Shown piece after piece: positions 14,001 through 25,900 of a stretch of DNA of 64,000 bases. The notes beneath the pieces are model-generated. The model saw only the letters and a list, made by a program, of their open reading frames with translations, did no database searches and had not been told where the DNA came from. The position numbers and the translations under genes are program-made. Source of the DNA: Amoebophrya sp. A120 (Eukaryota; Protista; Dinoflagellata); NCBI GenBank assembly GCA_905178155.1, contig CAJINV010000005.1, forward strand, positions 5,411,038 to 5,475,037, given 5' to 3'. How positions within the stretch are numbered: the first letter of the stretch is position 1; every line of letters begins with the position of its first letter.

Positions 14001-16077
14001 AACCACCACAACAACAACCACTACAACAACAACAACCAGCACAACCACAACCACGACCACCAGTTGGAGGAGCTGTTGGAGCAGTAGCTCAAGGTAAGAG
14101 CGCCACATGAAATCAATGACGCCTACTTTTGTTCGTCGTCGTCCACGCTCAGCATAACTATTGCTGATTATCCCTTTTAATTTTTTTTTGAATATTCCGT
14201 GATGGTCATTCTCATTGTCATTGCCTAAAAGCGGAAGTAGGTGAGCATGAAGATGAATCGGCGCAAGGTGCTAGTCGTGCCCAACGAATAACTATGACTA
14301 CCAGGCACAGGCCTGGCGTCAGCATCAGCTTCTTCAAGTGGAATGCCAGAAGCGCCGAGCGCAAACCACAGACACTGCGACGAGCGCAAAAAAATCAATG
14401 ATGTGTTTTTTTGTTCGTCCACATCCAGGGGATTGCTGATCATTCTATAAGCTAGTCCTTTGCGGCGATAGTCCATGCCAACCGCGAAGCAACATGGTCA
14501 ACCTGCTTAGCGCGTCGAACCACAGACGAAGCACATGCCAGGTGGTGGATCATGTCGCAGCTTCGCGTGTCAGAAGGACTCTAGAGGCAGGCGAAGCTGC
14601 AGTAGCAGGAGCAGTATAGAAAAGAAGCAAGAACAGGAGCAGCAAAAAATAAAAGACGCAGATGTATATGATTACAACTTAAACCATAAAACACTACACA
14701 ACTAACAGTTGAAGGGCCACTTCCGCGACCTCAACGACGCTTGCGCCCGCCGAAACAGTTTTCGGTCGATGGCGCACTGCACTCGCTCATCAAGTTCGGC
14801 AGCCAGGACACTACTGCGGAAAAGCTCACAGAGGTGGTGAAGGCGTACTGTGATCAGTACAAGGGACTCGACAAGCTAGTGAAAACACTCCCGGAAGACT
14901 GGCCAGAAGCAGATAATGAGCAAGGCGCCCCCGCCCCCAACCCCGACGAGGACGTGAGGTGCGACCTCTTCTCTGGCTACTTTCATGTGGGGACGCTGTC
15001 GGGCGGCAAAAGCGTGGCCGGCACCAATAAAGTCCGGGCCCTGAAGCTGTACACTGAAGACACACGACCAGCACGAGCACCGGAAGCTGCCGAAGCGGTC
15101 ATTTTGGCGCCTGGGTGGGAGGTGATTGTGGCGACCCCGAGCGTGGTGGTGAACCAGAATTCTGTATCGACGGAAAAAATGTCTGCTAGATCTGGAAAGT
15201 TGTTATGCTAAAAGCGAACGGTAGGCGCAGGCCCACACCCAGTGCGATGCATCGTAAAGCCCAAGCGTGACAAACTTACGAGCTTCCATGTGTTGCGGAT
15301 TCCGCGTGATGCGCTGTCCAGTTTTTGCATGACAGATAAGTAGAGGACCTTTATTTTGTCCTCGTGCCCATGCGTCACGGATTCTCGAGTTGTCGTGTCA
15401 GACATGCATGAAAAATGTAGCAATCGTCTAGACCTCCCAGACATGTTTGCATTTGATAGTATGGCAGCGGCAGCGAATCATGGGAATGGTTCTCGCTCGT
15501 CTTCCTGAACTACGCTCCGAACGATCTGAACACGGTGCGATCCCAAATTTTGAACGAGAAGTTTAGCATCACAAACCCAATGGCCCAGCCCTTGCTGGTG
15601 CCCACCCGGGACATCACGTTCTATCAACTGTAAAAATGTCTGGGTCTGGAAGATTCTGACACTTGTCATGCACGTTTTGCATGAGCCACGGTGTCTGTGA
15701 TCCATACCCTAGCAATACAGATTTTTTGAGGGCTTCTTGATGCCTATTCCGAATGACAAATGCCTTCTCAGCGTAGCAAAAATTGCATTCCCTTTGGTAC
15801 TCATGCAATACAGATTTTTTTGGAATCCAAACGCAGCATCACAGGTTGCATTCTTCCAGACCCAGACACTTTTACATGTGATACGTTCGAAACTGTGTTG
15901 GTGAAGCCTCCTCCAGCTGCAACAACGGAAGCTGCACCAACGGAGCCTCCTCCTGCCGCAACAGCACAATCAACAGCAGCAGCTGCAGCAGAGCCTGCAG
16001 CTACACAACCTTCCGCGCCGAGCCAAACCAGGGACGCGGTTCCATTTTCAACTGGGACTCAGTATTTCGGGGACTAG
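8056..16077 (+). CDS. Gene 2, hypothetical Pro/Ala/Gln-rich protein; 8 phase-1 GT-AG introns plus 2 introners
   Basis: Exons ~8702-9530, 10011-10058, 10798-10878, 11168-11332, 11477-11596, 12197-12319, 13173-13235, 13791-14093, 14709-15164, then across elements 15165-15458 and 15622-15883 to TAG at 16077. All internal exons from 10011 to 14093 are 3n and open. The link to the 5' ORF at 8056 is uncertain. Confidence 0.65.
11907..14348 (+). repeat. Segmental duplication of an intron-exon-intron module (~11907-12580 vs ~13516-14348)
   Basis: Near-identical flanks CCACGAAGCTGCAT…TATACTATAC and GGTAAGAGCG…AGCTTCTTCAAGTGGA. Confidence 0.85.
13875..14060 (+). repeat. (CAA/CCA)n coding microsatellite, Gln/Pro tract
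   Basis: Directly visible in exon 13791-14093. Confidence 0.9.
15165..15458. mobile_element. Introner family B (diverged)
   Basis: Degenerate TIR, TSD TTCTG/GTATG, frame restored. Confidence 0.8.
15622..15883. mobile_element. Introner family B
   Basis: TIR, TSD CGTTC. Confidence 0.92.
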
Positions 16078-17104
16078 CAGCTACGATGCATGACCCGGCG
16101 CTTGCTCCCGTTAATTAGTCCCTGCCTCTTCTTCATTTTCATCTTCCACTACTGCCACTATTTCTAGATCAGCAGCAGCAGCTAGTCCCTCGCAAACCAC
16201 TGATGACAATTATAACAGCTTCAACTACAGAAATCATTCTACTTTGTCATCATCGTCATCATCTTCTTCTTCTTCTTTTACATCAGCAGCGCAATCTTTT
16301 CAATCGGTTTCAGCAGCAGACAGAGTACCAATCCAGGCGATACGGAGAATGCAGGGTCGTGAAAGGATATTCTGAGGCGAAAGCGCCGAATAGAATGCAA
16401 TAAGTTCATCAGGTTGCTCCCGCTGTTGCAGCCGGGGCAACTGCCGATCACCACCCTGCAGCGGGGGTTGTAGGTGGACCAGGGGAGGGTGTTGAGAAGA
16501 TGGTTGTATCAGCTGCAGCGCCACCTCATGATATTTAAACCTCGAGCAGCCCCTGCGTCGGTCGTAGCGCCAGTTGGTGTCGCGTTTCCTTCCTCGTCCC
16601 GCTGTAATGCATCACTCAACCACCACTGGCCTTCAAGCGCAACCATTGCAATACAATTCAAAGACTCAAGTAGAATGAATGACTGCGCAGTCCGCCCCCG
16701 AACTTCAGAATGACTAGGAGCGCTTGGTCATATTTTGACTACTTTCTTTTATATTGTTCTTTTTTGTTTGTCCACGTCAGTCAATCCCATCTCATTAGGA
16801 TACATGTATTGTTTTTTTGTAAATCTTCTTTTCTTCTTGCAGTGCCCTGTTTAAGTTTATCAACCCCTGTCGTGGTTCTTGCCCAGGGCGAGACTCATGT
16901 GCGCGAGTTGGCCGCGCCTGCTAATTGTATGTTGTGCGCCCTCGGCCCGCGAGAAGATCTTCGATGACGAGGGAAATAACTACAAGAACCTCCGCCGCGC
17001 AAAGTTTTTTCACTTTGCGCGGCGGATGTTTTCTTCGTCTTTAAGACGAAGAAAACATCAAGCAGGAGCCGCGAGAGCTTTTTATCAAGTGGGAGCAGGC
17101 CACT

Positions 17105-17570
17105 TTTCTTGCTTTTGTTGCTATTTCAATGCTTTTTGGTTTTTTTTTGTTTTTTTTTTCGTTTTTTTTCCAATTTTTTTCCTTTTTTTCTTTTTTTTTT
17201 TCATGCGCAGTTTTTCGCTTTCTTTTTTGCGCGCTTTTTTTTTTGCTTTACTTCATGGCCATTTTTTGCACCGAGCATCCATCTATCATAGTCTTATTCG
17301 TATAGAGCTATGACTGAACTCCATGCGATTGTCTATGACAGACATGCACTGGATCAGGTGCCGAGCTTTTGTTTCTTTTTTTCGCTTTCGGCTTTCCATT
17401 TTCATTTTTTCACTTTTGTTTTCTCACTTTCTTCATTTTCGCTTTTGCACCTTTACTTTTCCACTTTTTCTCCTTTTCCGCTTTTTTTTGTTGGTTTGCG
17501 TTTTCCATTTTCGCTTTTGCTTTATTTTTTTGGAATCTTTTGTTTTGTTTTTCTTCTTTTCGCGCCCTTC
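17105..17570. repeat. T-rich low-complexity tract
   Basis: Runs of T with recurring TTTTCGCTTTT. Confidence 0.8.
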
Positions 17571-19970
17571 ATTTACTCAAGCATAAATCAACAAAACAAA
17601 GACCACAAGCACTTGAATGCTCTATGTCTAAAAAGAAGCGCATTCCATGCGCAGGAACAAGAATTCTACTGCAGATAGCATATGCGCAGCGGCCCCCCCC
17701 CTGTCGTTCATATGCCCAAGGTTGATCATATTTGCAATTATGAGTCCAGGCCGTCGTTTTTTTTGATGTCTTGCAGAACACGCTACCTCCGCACGTGACC
17801 CCCTGCACAGAACGACATGTCGACTGCTCAAGCGCAGTATCCATGTGTCGCGTGGCTCTGAGAAAGGAGCGTCTGACTTTTTACGACCTTCCGGCTTCTG
17901 CATGTTCTTGATCAACAAGCCCCGACTTTGATAATTGCGACCCAGCTGCTGCAGTAGATGCGACCCCCTTTCGTTCCTTGAGAAGCATACAACAATTTCA
18001 CCATGCTGCACAAACGAAGCACTACTAGCACGACAATAAATAAAGTAACATCAGCAGCACCCGATGAAAAATGTAAATGGAGAATTATCAGTGCAAAAAG
18101 TATTTCTCTACGAAGATATATCACACGCAGCGGAGCCGACAGGAATAGTGCTGGATGGTGTCTGTGTTTGTCGAGAGTGCGCCTCGTACTCGTTTCAAAT
18201 ACGACCTTGCGGCTTTTCTCCTTCCAGTGGTATTTACAGATTTTTAGCAGATGCTGTCTCCTCGATCTCGGTTCGTGATCGTACTAGCATCATTTAGTAA
18301 AGAGCTCTAACTCGTCTTCAACGCTAACGGCTTGGACTCCTTTCGGTTTAGCTTCCGTTCCGTGCTTCATTCGCGACCAAGGAAGCAAGCACAGGAGAAG
18401 TGAAAACTCGGTTTTGAGCGAGCTAGATTCAGCAACAGCATCACGTTGGCTACTTCTTTCTCGGTTTATTTCGTGTAGCAGGAGGAAAAAAATGAAATGC
18501 ACTTTCCTGCTTTTTCTTGCGCTTCCTTGATGAGTAGCGAGCTGCTAGGCTTTTAATTTCATGTCTTTGGTCGTTGATTGGTGACAGAGCATGTCAATGT
18601 CTATCAAGCACGGCAGAAGTCGGTCCTAGTGTCTAGTGTTAATACGACGAGGTATTATTAGCTCTCTTCGTCCTTGTGGCACGTATTGACACGTGATTGT
18701 GTACATGTCGGCTTGTCTTCCCTACGTGATGTGGCACTTGAAGATGATTTTCGTCCTGTGCCGGCGCGGAGTGTTGCCCTCATAATTCGGTTTATCGTGT
18801 TGTACTTTTGCGCAAGTGCAGCAGGGAGGTGCACGCACGAGAAGCAGTGTTTGGTCGGTGTGGTACAACGTGCCTGCTTCGTGTTTGGTCGTCAAACTCA
18901 AGAGCAGCACTCTCAAGTAGATGCACCAACATTCCCTTTTTCGGTGTCGTGTTTCATTGTGCTTTATTCTACAACTTTTTTTCGGTGTCGTGCTTTTCAT
19001 CTCACTGCTACATCACTCTATCGCTGGTGCGGAAGATATCCCCTTGTTCATTTTCTTTCGTCAGGTACAGACCTCTTCCTCTTAATATTTTCTCGCTCTC
19101 CCGCCCCAGGAATTAATAAGCTTAAAACGCGCAACATTATTGCTCTTGTCCTCCCCTGTACGTTAATAAATCTTGATCATATCGAAGCTGCTAGCGCTAG
19201 ACGCGTAGTACGCTGGAGGATAATTACAATTAGAGAAGTATTTACGGAGAGCAGAGAATTACCAAAGTAAACTCAATACGGAAGAAGTTTTACCCGTTGA
19301 ACGCGCAACACTATGGCCAAAACCAACATGAAGTAGGCCTTTTCCTCTCGTGCTCATTGACCCGCAAACCTCTTCTGTGCGTTCGATTTGAAGAATGAAG
19401 GCTGGCAGCAACGTCAAGCTCGTCAACATCGAGCATTTTTACCGAGTTGTAACATGATCATTCGGCGGCGCATCCGCATCGCACGACGACGGCCGCGGCC
19501 GGGACTGAGCTCCGGTTCAAAATAGGCCAATTTCAATTTATTACAAGGCGTAGCATTTCGAATTCTCCATCTCCACTCATCATCACCAAGCGCTGTATAC
19601 GAAGGCAGAGGCAGACCAATATAAGTAAGTACTTAAGCATCTCTCGTCATCGACGTCTGTACCTGTAGTGCCACGACGTTTGTATAGTGTATAGGTACAT
19701 TATAGCTTCCAAGTAGAGTAAAAATAAAATGCAGACAGTCACGAATTACGAGGAAGAGGAAGACACGCTGGGCGAAGTTATCACACACAGAAGATGATGA
19801 AAACCACTACACGACTGTCACTGGTGTCGGGAGCATGAGTATTAAGTTGTCGTCGTTGATGTCCTGCAGCTTTGCGTTTTGCAGAAATAGAAAATCAAAA
19901 GAAACGAAAATAACAACGAGGCCACACTCGCACACAGATGTTGAAGAAGCATCTTATGTTTGTTTTGTAG

Positions 19971-22900
19971 CCGATTGCGATTCATGGAAGAAGTTTTGAC
20001 CTCATCGATGCATCTTCTACACGCCTCCACTATAGTGCAGAAGCAGAAGTGGTTTTCTTTATCTTCTGGATATTACTTGGCTCCTGTGGTTGCCCCCGGA
20101 CGGAGGAACCGAACATGTATGGGCTACTCAGCTGGATTATGACAGTGCGCAACTCGTCCCCCTCCCCGTCATTTGTATAGCATGAACAGCAAAAATACAG
20201 GCATCAGCAAGGATGCCGGTTTTGCATGACAAATTTGTACTGGAGTAGAGTGCTACTCGGGCTACGAGAACTTGTCATGCAAACAGTGCCAAGGGCCAAT
20301 GGGTGGATATGGATTGGGTATTTTGCATGACAAATGAGGGGGAGCAGGGAGAGTTGTGCATTGTCATATAATGGATGAAAAAAATTAAGTGGAAAAAGGT
20401 GAACAAAGAGCAAATTTGACTTTCTCCGATACCGATCCCTGTTGTAGCAACTTCTCTTGCATGATGAGAGATGTTGATTCTATTTGCATGGAATGCAATG
20501 CGGTTTGGAAGTACGTGTCATGCCAAACACGTATTAAAGTATAAGTAGTGGTAGAGCAGGACTTCCTGTTGTTCTTGACTCGGGGGCACCCGATGTATTA
20601 ATTAATACTTCCCGCATGTTGAAATAAAGATAATTGATCTTGCATGAATAAAATGATATTATTTATACAAATTCTTTCCCTTGAGATGATTATTCCCACT
20701 GTTGAGGCTTGTTCCATAACTGCTTTTTGAAGTTTCTTTGCTGCACTTATGCATTGCAAATATGTCTGGGTCTGGAAGAATGCAACCTCTCTTGCTAAAA
20801 AATCTGAATCATGCAAAAATCTGTGTTGCATGGTTGCCAAAAGTCGTCCGGCTTTGACCAAGTCGGGAGGGAGTTTCTCATGCAGGATAGGCATGATAGA
20901 GATCGCGGAGAATCTGTCGCGCTAGGTCCTGCATTCCAGACCTCAAGGGTTATGGAAAAGCTGCGTTACAAATCTCGTAATCTTCCAGACCAACACATAT
21001 TTGCAATTGATAGCACTTGCTCGATCGCGAATTGGGATGGGTATGCAGGCTGCCCCTTTGTCATCTCCGTTGCCGGTGTGTCCGGTGGCAGTTTGTTGCT
21101 TCTGATTGCAGTCGTGCTGCGTTGCACCGCCTACGTGACCGAAACGACTACGGTCACGACAGTTACGCAGGGCAGTTCCGGCGGGGCGACTACATATCAA
21201 GTGAAAATATGTCTGGGTCTGGAAGACTGCATGTTTGTCATGCTTGTCTGGCATGGCTCTCAAATCTGTCATGCACGTTACCCAAGAGCGCAAGGCGATT
21301 TTTCTGACATTCAGAAACGCAGTTTGTCATGCAGAATAGGCAACACTTAGAACAAGCTCAGAAACCTGTCATGCTGAGCCAGCACCACTTGTGGCCTCCT
21401 CATGGTGCGCCACCCAGCATCACAAGTTTCCAGACCCTGACATATTTTCATTTGATACTACAAGCGCTAGTACAACTGAAACAGACGACGCAAGAACGTC
21501 ATCAGAGGAGACTAGTAGTGAAGAGACTGGCTGTATCCTGAGTAAAAACGTCCCCACACCAGAGTTGTAATGCAGATTTGCAAAGACAGGAAGACTTGTA
21601 ATGCGCATCCCCATGAGAGCCATTTCCAATCGTGTTTTGGAATTTGTGATGCTGTGAACAGGATGAGCAGATGAATCTGTGACGTGGATGCACTTGCTAA
21701 CCTGCACTACACTGCAGAGCGCAACTTGTCACGCGTGACTCACAAAGCTCCTAGGTTTGTGTTGCAAAATCCCCATCCTGACTCTGGTGTGGGTACGTTT
21801 TTACTCAGGATAGCGTGGAAGGGCGGCGCGTGCGTGGGGGTTTTGTTCTGGTTTGCGGTAATTACCGGCGTAGCGCTTCTCGTCGCCGCAATGGCGCACG
21901 GCGCATTTTTCTGGGTGCCCTCCGTCTACCAACCACCGAAAAGGTATGGAAGCGTCAGGTTTGAAATCGTCAAAGTTGAAATAGTCTGTAATGCATAAAA
22001 TGCATGACCCGACCCCGAGGCACGTGTGTTGCAGAGCAGGTAAGTGAGGCCGATTGCAAGCCTGTTCGGGGTTACAGCTCGAGCTGCTAAAGTAGCATGA
22101 GAAAATCACTCTTCTTTGCCTAAACAGCATGACAAACTGGATCTAGGGACCACCGAAATTTGTCATGCGCCACTTAGAAACTGGATTCCAACTGGCAACC
22201 ATTTTATGCATGACAAATTATTTCAACTTTGTTGATTTCAACTCTGACACATCCATAAAAGGCGAACGACCCATGCCGCGATGATCCCCGCACTGGGGCC
22301 GGCGGTCAAGGCCAAAAATAAAGCTGTTAGCACAAGAACCAGTGATGGCGCAGCAGCAGAAACCGCGCCGCCCCCTGGTTCGCAGCAGGGGGGTGACGCC
22401 CCTGCAGACGTGGATATTATTTCCGAAGATATCGAAAGGAAAAATGCCCCCTCGCCATAATATCAAAATGGAACTTCTGACGCTGAATTTGTGTACGCAA
22501 ATACGCTTTGCATTGATGCAGGAATGCATTGCGTTTGCGGCCAGATCTCCAACCTAGGTAGGGGCTTTTGGGTCCTCTAGAAGTTGTTCAGCATTGCAAA
22601 CGGCTGCCCTGTTTTAGGCCCAAGAACAGCATGGAAAAGCGCTTCCATAATGGGACGCACAAGCTTCTGCCCTTGTCTTCTTGCAAGACAAAGAACGTGA
22701 CTCGTGGCCACAAATCAGCAAGAACGCAAATTTTCGGAAGCTGCGTGCCTTTTCAAGATGGGGACGAGGGGGAGTTTTTCCTTTTGATAGAAGGGGGGCC
22801 ATCTTCTTCAACTATCAAATGTAAAAATATCTGGGTCTGGAAGATTCTGAGATTTGTCATGCATGTTTTGCATGACCCAGGATGTCTGTAATGCACGACC

Positions 22901-25900
22901 GCGCATCACAGATTTTGAGCGGGCTTCCTGATGCCTACTCCGCATGACAAACGCCCTCCCCGCGTAGCACAAACTAGACTCCTCTTGCTGGTCATGCAAT
23001 ACAGAGTTTTCTAGAGTCCAAAGTTAGCATCACAAGTTCCAATTTTCCAGACCCAGACATTTTTACATTTGATATCAACCGCGGGCAGCCAACTCCAGTC
23101 CGGAGTTAATACAAGTCTCGCACACAGCGTAGCGGCCGGGACGTATCCTGTGCAAAAGTATCGTACTCGTTGTATTGCAATCATGCATTACAAATCCTTT
23201 TGTTAAGGTAAATCAGCACTACAAATTTTATTTCTCATGCTGAGGAAATTTGTAATGCATTTATACGAATGCGATGCTTTTGCAATGCATAGGACGGGCG
23301 GCGGTTGGATGTCCTCCGCGAGTGCTGGCGCAAAAATATCAAATGCAAATATGTCCTCTGTGTCTGGAAGAAGGCAAGGTCTGTCATGCTTGTCTGGCAT
23401 GAGTAAAGGGTTTGTGATGCGTGTCCCAGAAAAGCCTTCTGCTTCTTGCTTGTCATGCAAAAACGCAGTTTGTCATGCGAGAAACGCAACGCAAAGCCTC
23501 GCAAATCTTTCTCATGCTTGGCTGTGCATTACAGAGCAGTCACCATTCACAGCCCAGCATTCCAAGTTTCCAGACCCAGACAAATTTGCATTTGATAAAA
23601 AATGAACTGGAACAAATTGAAGAACATGGGGCTCCCCCCTGGGGCTGAGGGATCTGGACGCTTCAACAGTCGGGCAAGAGGGTATGACAGTGCACAACTC
23701 CCCCTCGTTCTCATTTCTCATGTTGCAAATGACAACTCCACGCTTTCCCTCCTGTCACTATTATGCATGACAAGTTCTGGCAGCCCAACCAGTCCTAAGT
23801 ACACTCTAGCACAAATTTGTCATGCAAAACCGGCACTCTTGCTGGTGCAGCTTGCATTGTCGTTCATGCTATACAAATGAGGGGGAGGGGGAGTTGAGCA
23901 CTCTCATAGAGGGCCCCGGGGAAATTCCGCATCTGCTGCGGACATTTATCTCCTGACCGGCGAATCTTCCATATCAAAGTGAAAAAAGCCCCCACCCCAT
24001 ATAGGAAACAGAAGATGCGCGAATTTGTGATGCTGTATTTGAGTACACAAATCGACTTGTATTGCTAGAAGGCCAAGAGACGAAGCTGCGGCCTAAATGG
24101 CAGGTAATCTGTCATGTTGTTTCCCACTTCCAGTTGCCTCCTGTCATCCTGGAGCTGCAGGGCTTTCCCACGCTAGACAGCACTACAGTCCGCATCTTTT
24201 TCCTTCTAGCATCACAAAGCTTTTTTGTGACCCCAAATCTGCATCACAGATTTCCGTTTTGATATGGGGAGGGGGCGTTTTTCATTGTAATATTCCATCT
24301 CGGGCTTGCAGAGCACCAGCGGCGAGGCCGCGGCGGTGAATGCGCGACCTGCTGAGGATATCAACTGCAAAAATGTCTGGGTCTGGAAACTTGTGATGCA
24401 AGAAAGGGAATAGTGAACTCACTATAATGCGCGGCCAAGCATCACAAGTTTTTTCCATGGCTCTGAGTTGCGTACTCCGCATGAGAAACTGCGTTTTTGC
24501 ATGACAGGGAGGAGGAGCTCCTCGCGGCCATGCAACACAGAGTTCAGAGTCATGCCAGACAAGCCTGTCAAATCTCGCAATCTCCCAGACCCAGACACTT
24601 TTGCATTTGATAGATGACCACGCTGAGCAAGAGCAGGTGCTGGTACCTGACCCACCGGAACGGCGTTCGTCCATCTACCGCCAGCACGATGATCACCCGG
24701 ACTTCGACCCGCAGCATGTTGATAATCATGATGCGGCCTCCGAAGATGTTGAGGAGGGGTCGCACGACAGCCACATGAGCTTCGACGATATGGAAGCGTC
24801 AGGTTTGAAATCGTCAAAGTTGAAATAATTTGCAACGCATAAAATGCATGACCCGCGGCACGTGTGTTGCAGAGCAGGCAAGTGAGGCCGATTGTAAGCG
24901 TGTTTGGGGTTACAGCTCGAGCTGCTAAAGTAGCATGAGAAAGTCGCCCTTCTTTGCCTAAACAGCATGACAAAGTGGATTTAGGGACCACCGAAATTTG
25001 TCTTGCGCCACTTACAAACTGGGTTCCAACTGGCATCCATTTTATGCATGACAAATTATTTCAACTTTGTCGATTTCAACTCTGACACATCCATAGACGA
25101 GGGCTCCGCAGTAGAAATTTCGGACGAAGCCGCCAACTATGGGAGTGTCAGGATCGAAATCGACAAAATCGAAACGATCTGCAATGCATAAAATGCTACG
25201 CAAAAAGCGAGTCTATTGCAGTGGATGCAAGGAAGACGGATTGTAGTCCTGGTAAGGGTTAAGTGTTGGGCTGCTGACTAGCATGACAGAAGGCAGCTGC
25301 TTTGCCCTAAACCGCATGACAGATTCGCTTCCAGGACGGGGAGAATTTGTCATGCGCCGACTACAAACTGTGGCTCTAACTGGCATCGATTTTGTGCATC
25401 ACAAGTTTTTCGATTTTGTCAATTTCGATCCTGACAGTTCCATACCAACCTGTTCAAAAATATCATGGTGGCCAAAAACTTCCACCCCACGCCACATGAA
25501 CATCATGAGCCTCCGGCAGAAGAGCAACAGCAAGCGGAACAAGAACCACAGCAGAACGTCGATGAGGTGCTGGCCACCAGCAATTCCAACTTCGACCCAG
25601 GCTATGCGAGGACCACCGGAGCAGGTGCTAGTAGCAGTGGAACGGTGCATATCGCAAGAAAGAACTGTTTCAGTGTGAACTTGTGATGCAGAGAATGGAG
25701 CATAGAACGATTTGTCTTGCTACACCTGCATAGAGCATTGGAGTTTTAAGCGTGTTTCCACTATGGGAAATGCGCGCGTGGGAAATTTTCTGTGTCATGT
25801 GTAACATCAAACTTGTGATGCAGATCTTGCAAGATCATCTGAGTGAGACATTTTTTTCGTGGGATAGTGCAAGTCGTTGTTGGAGCGGGCGCGGCGGCGG

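Noticed and set aside
16879-17725. Phe-rich, membrane-protein-like ORFs
   Set aside because: They arise from the T-rich low-complexity tract in all three frames.
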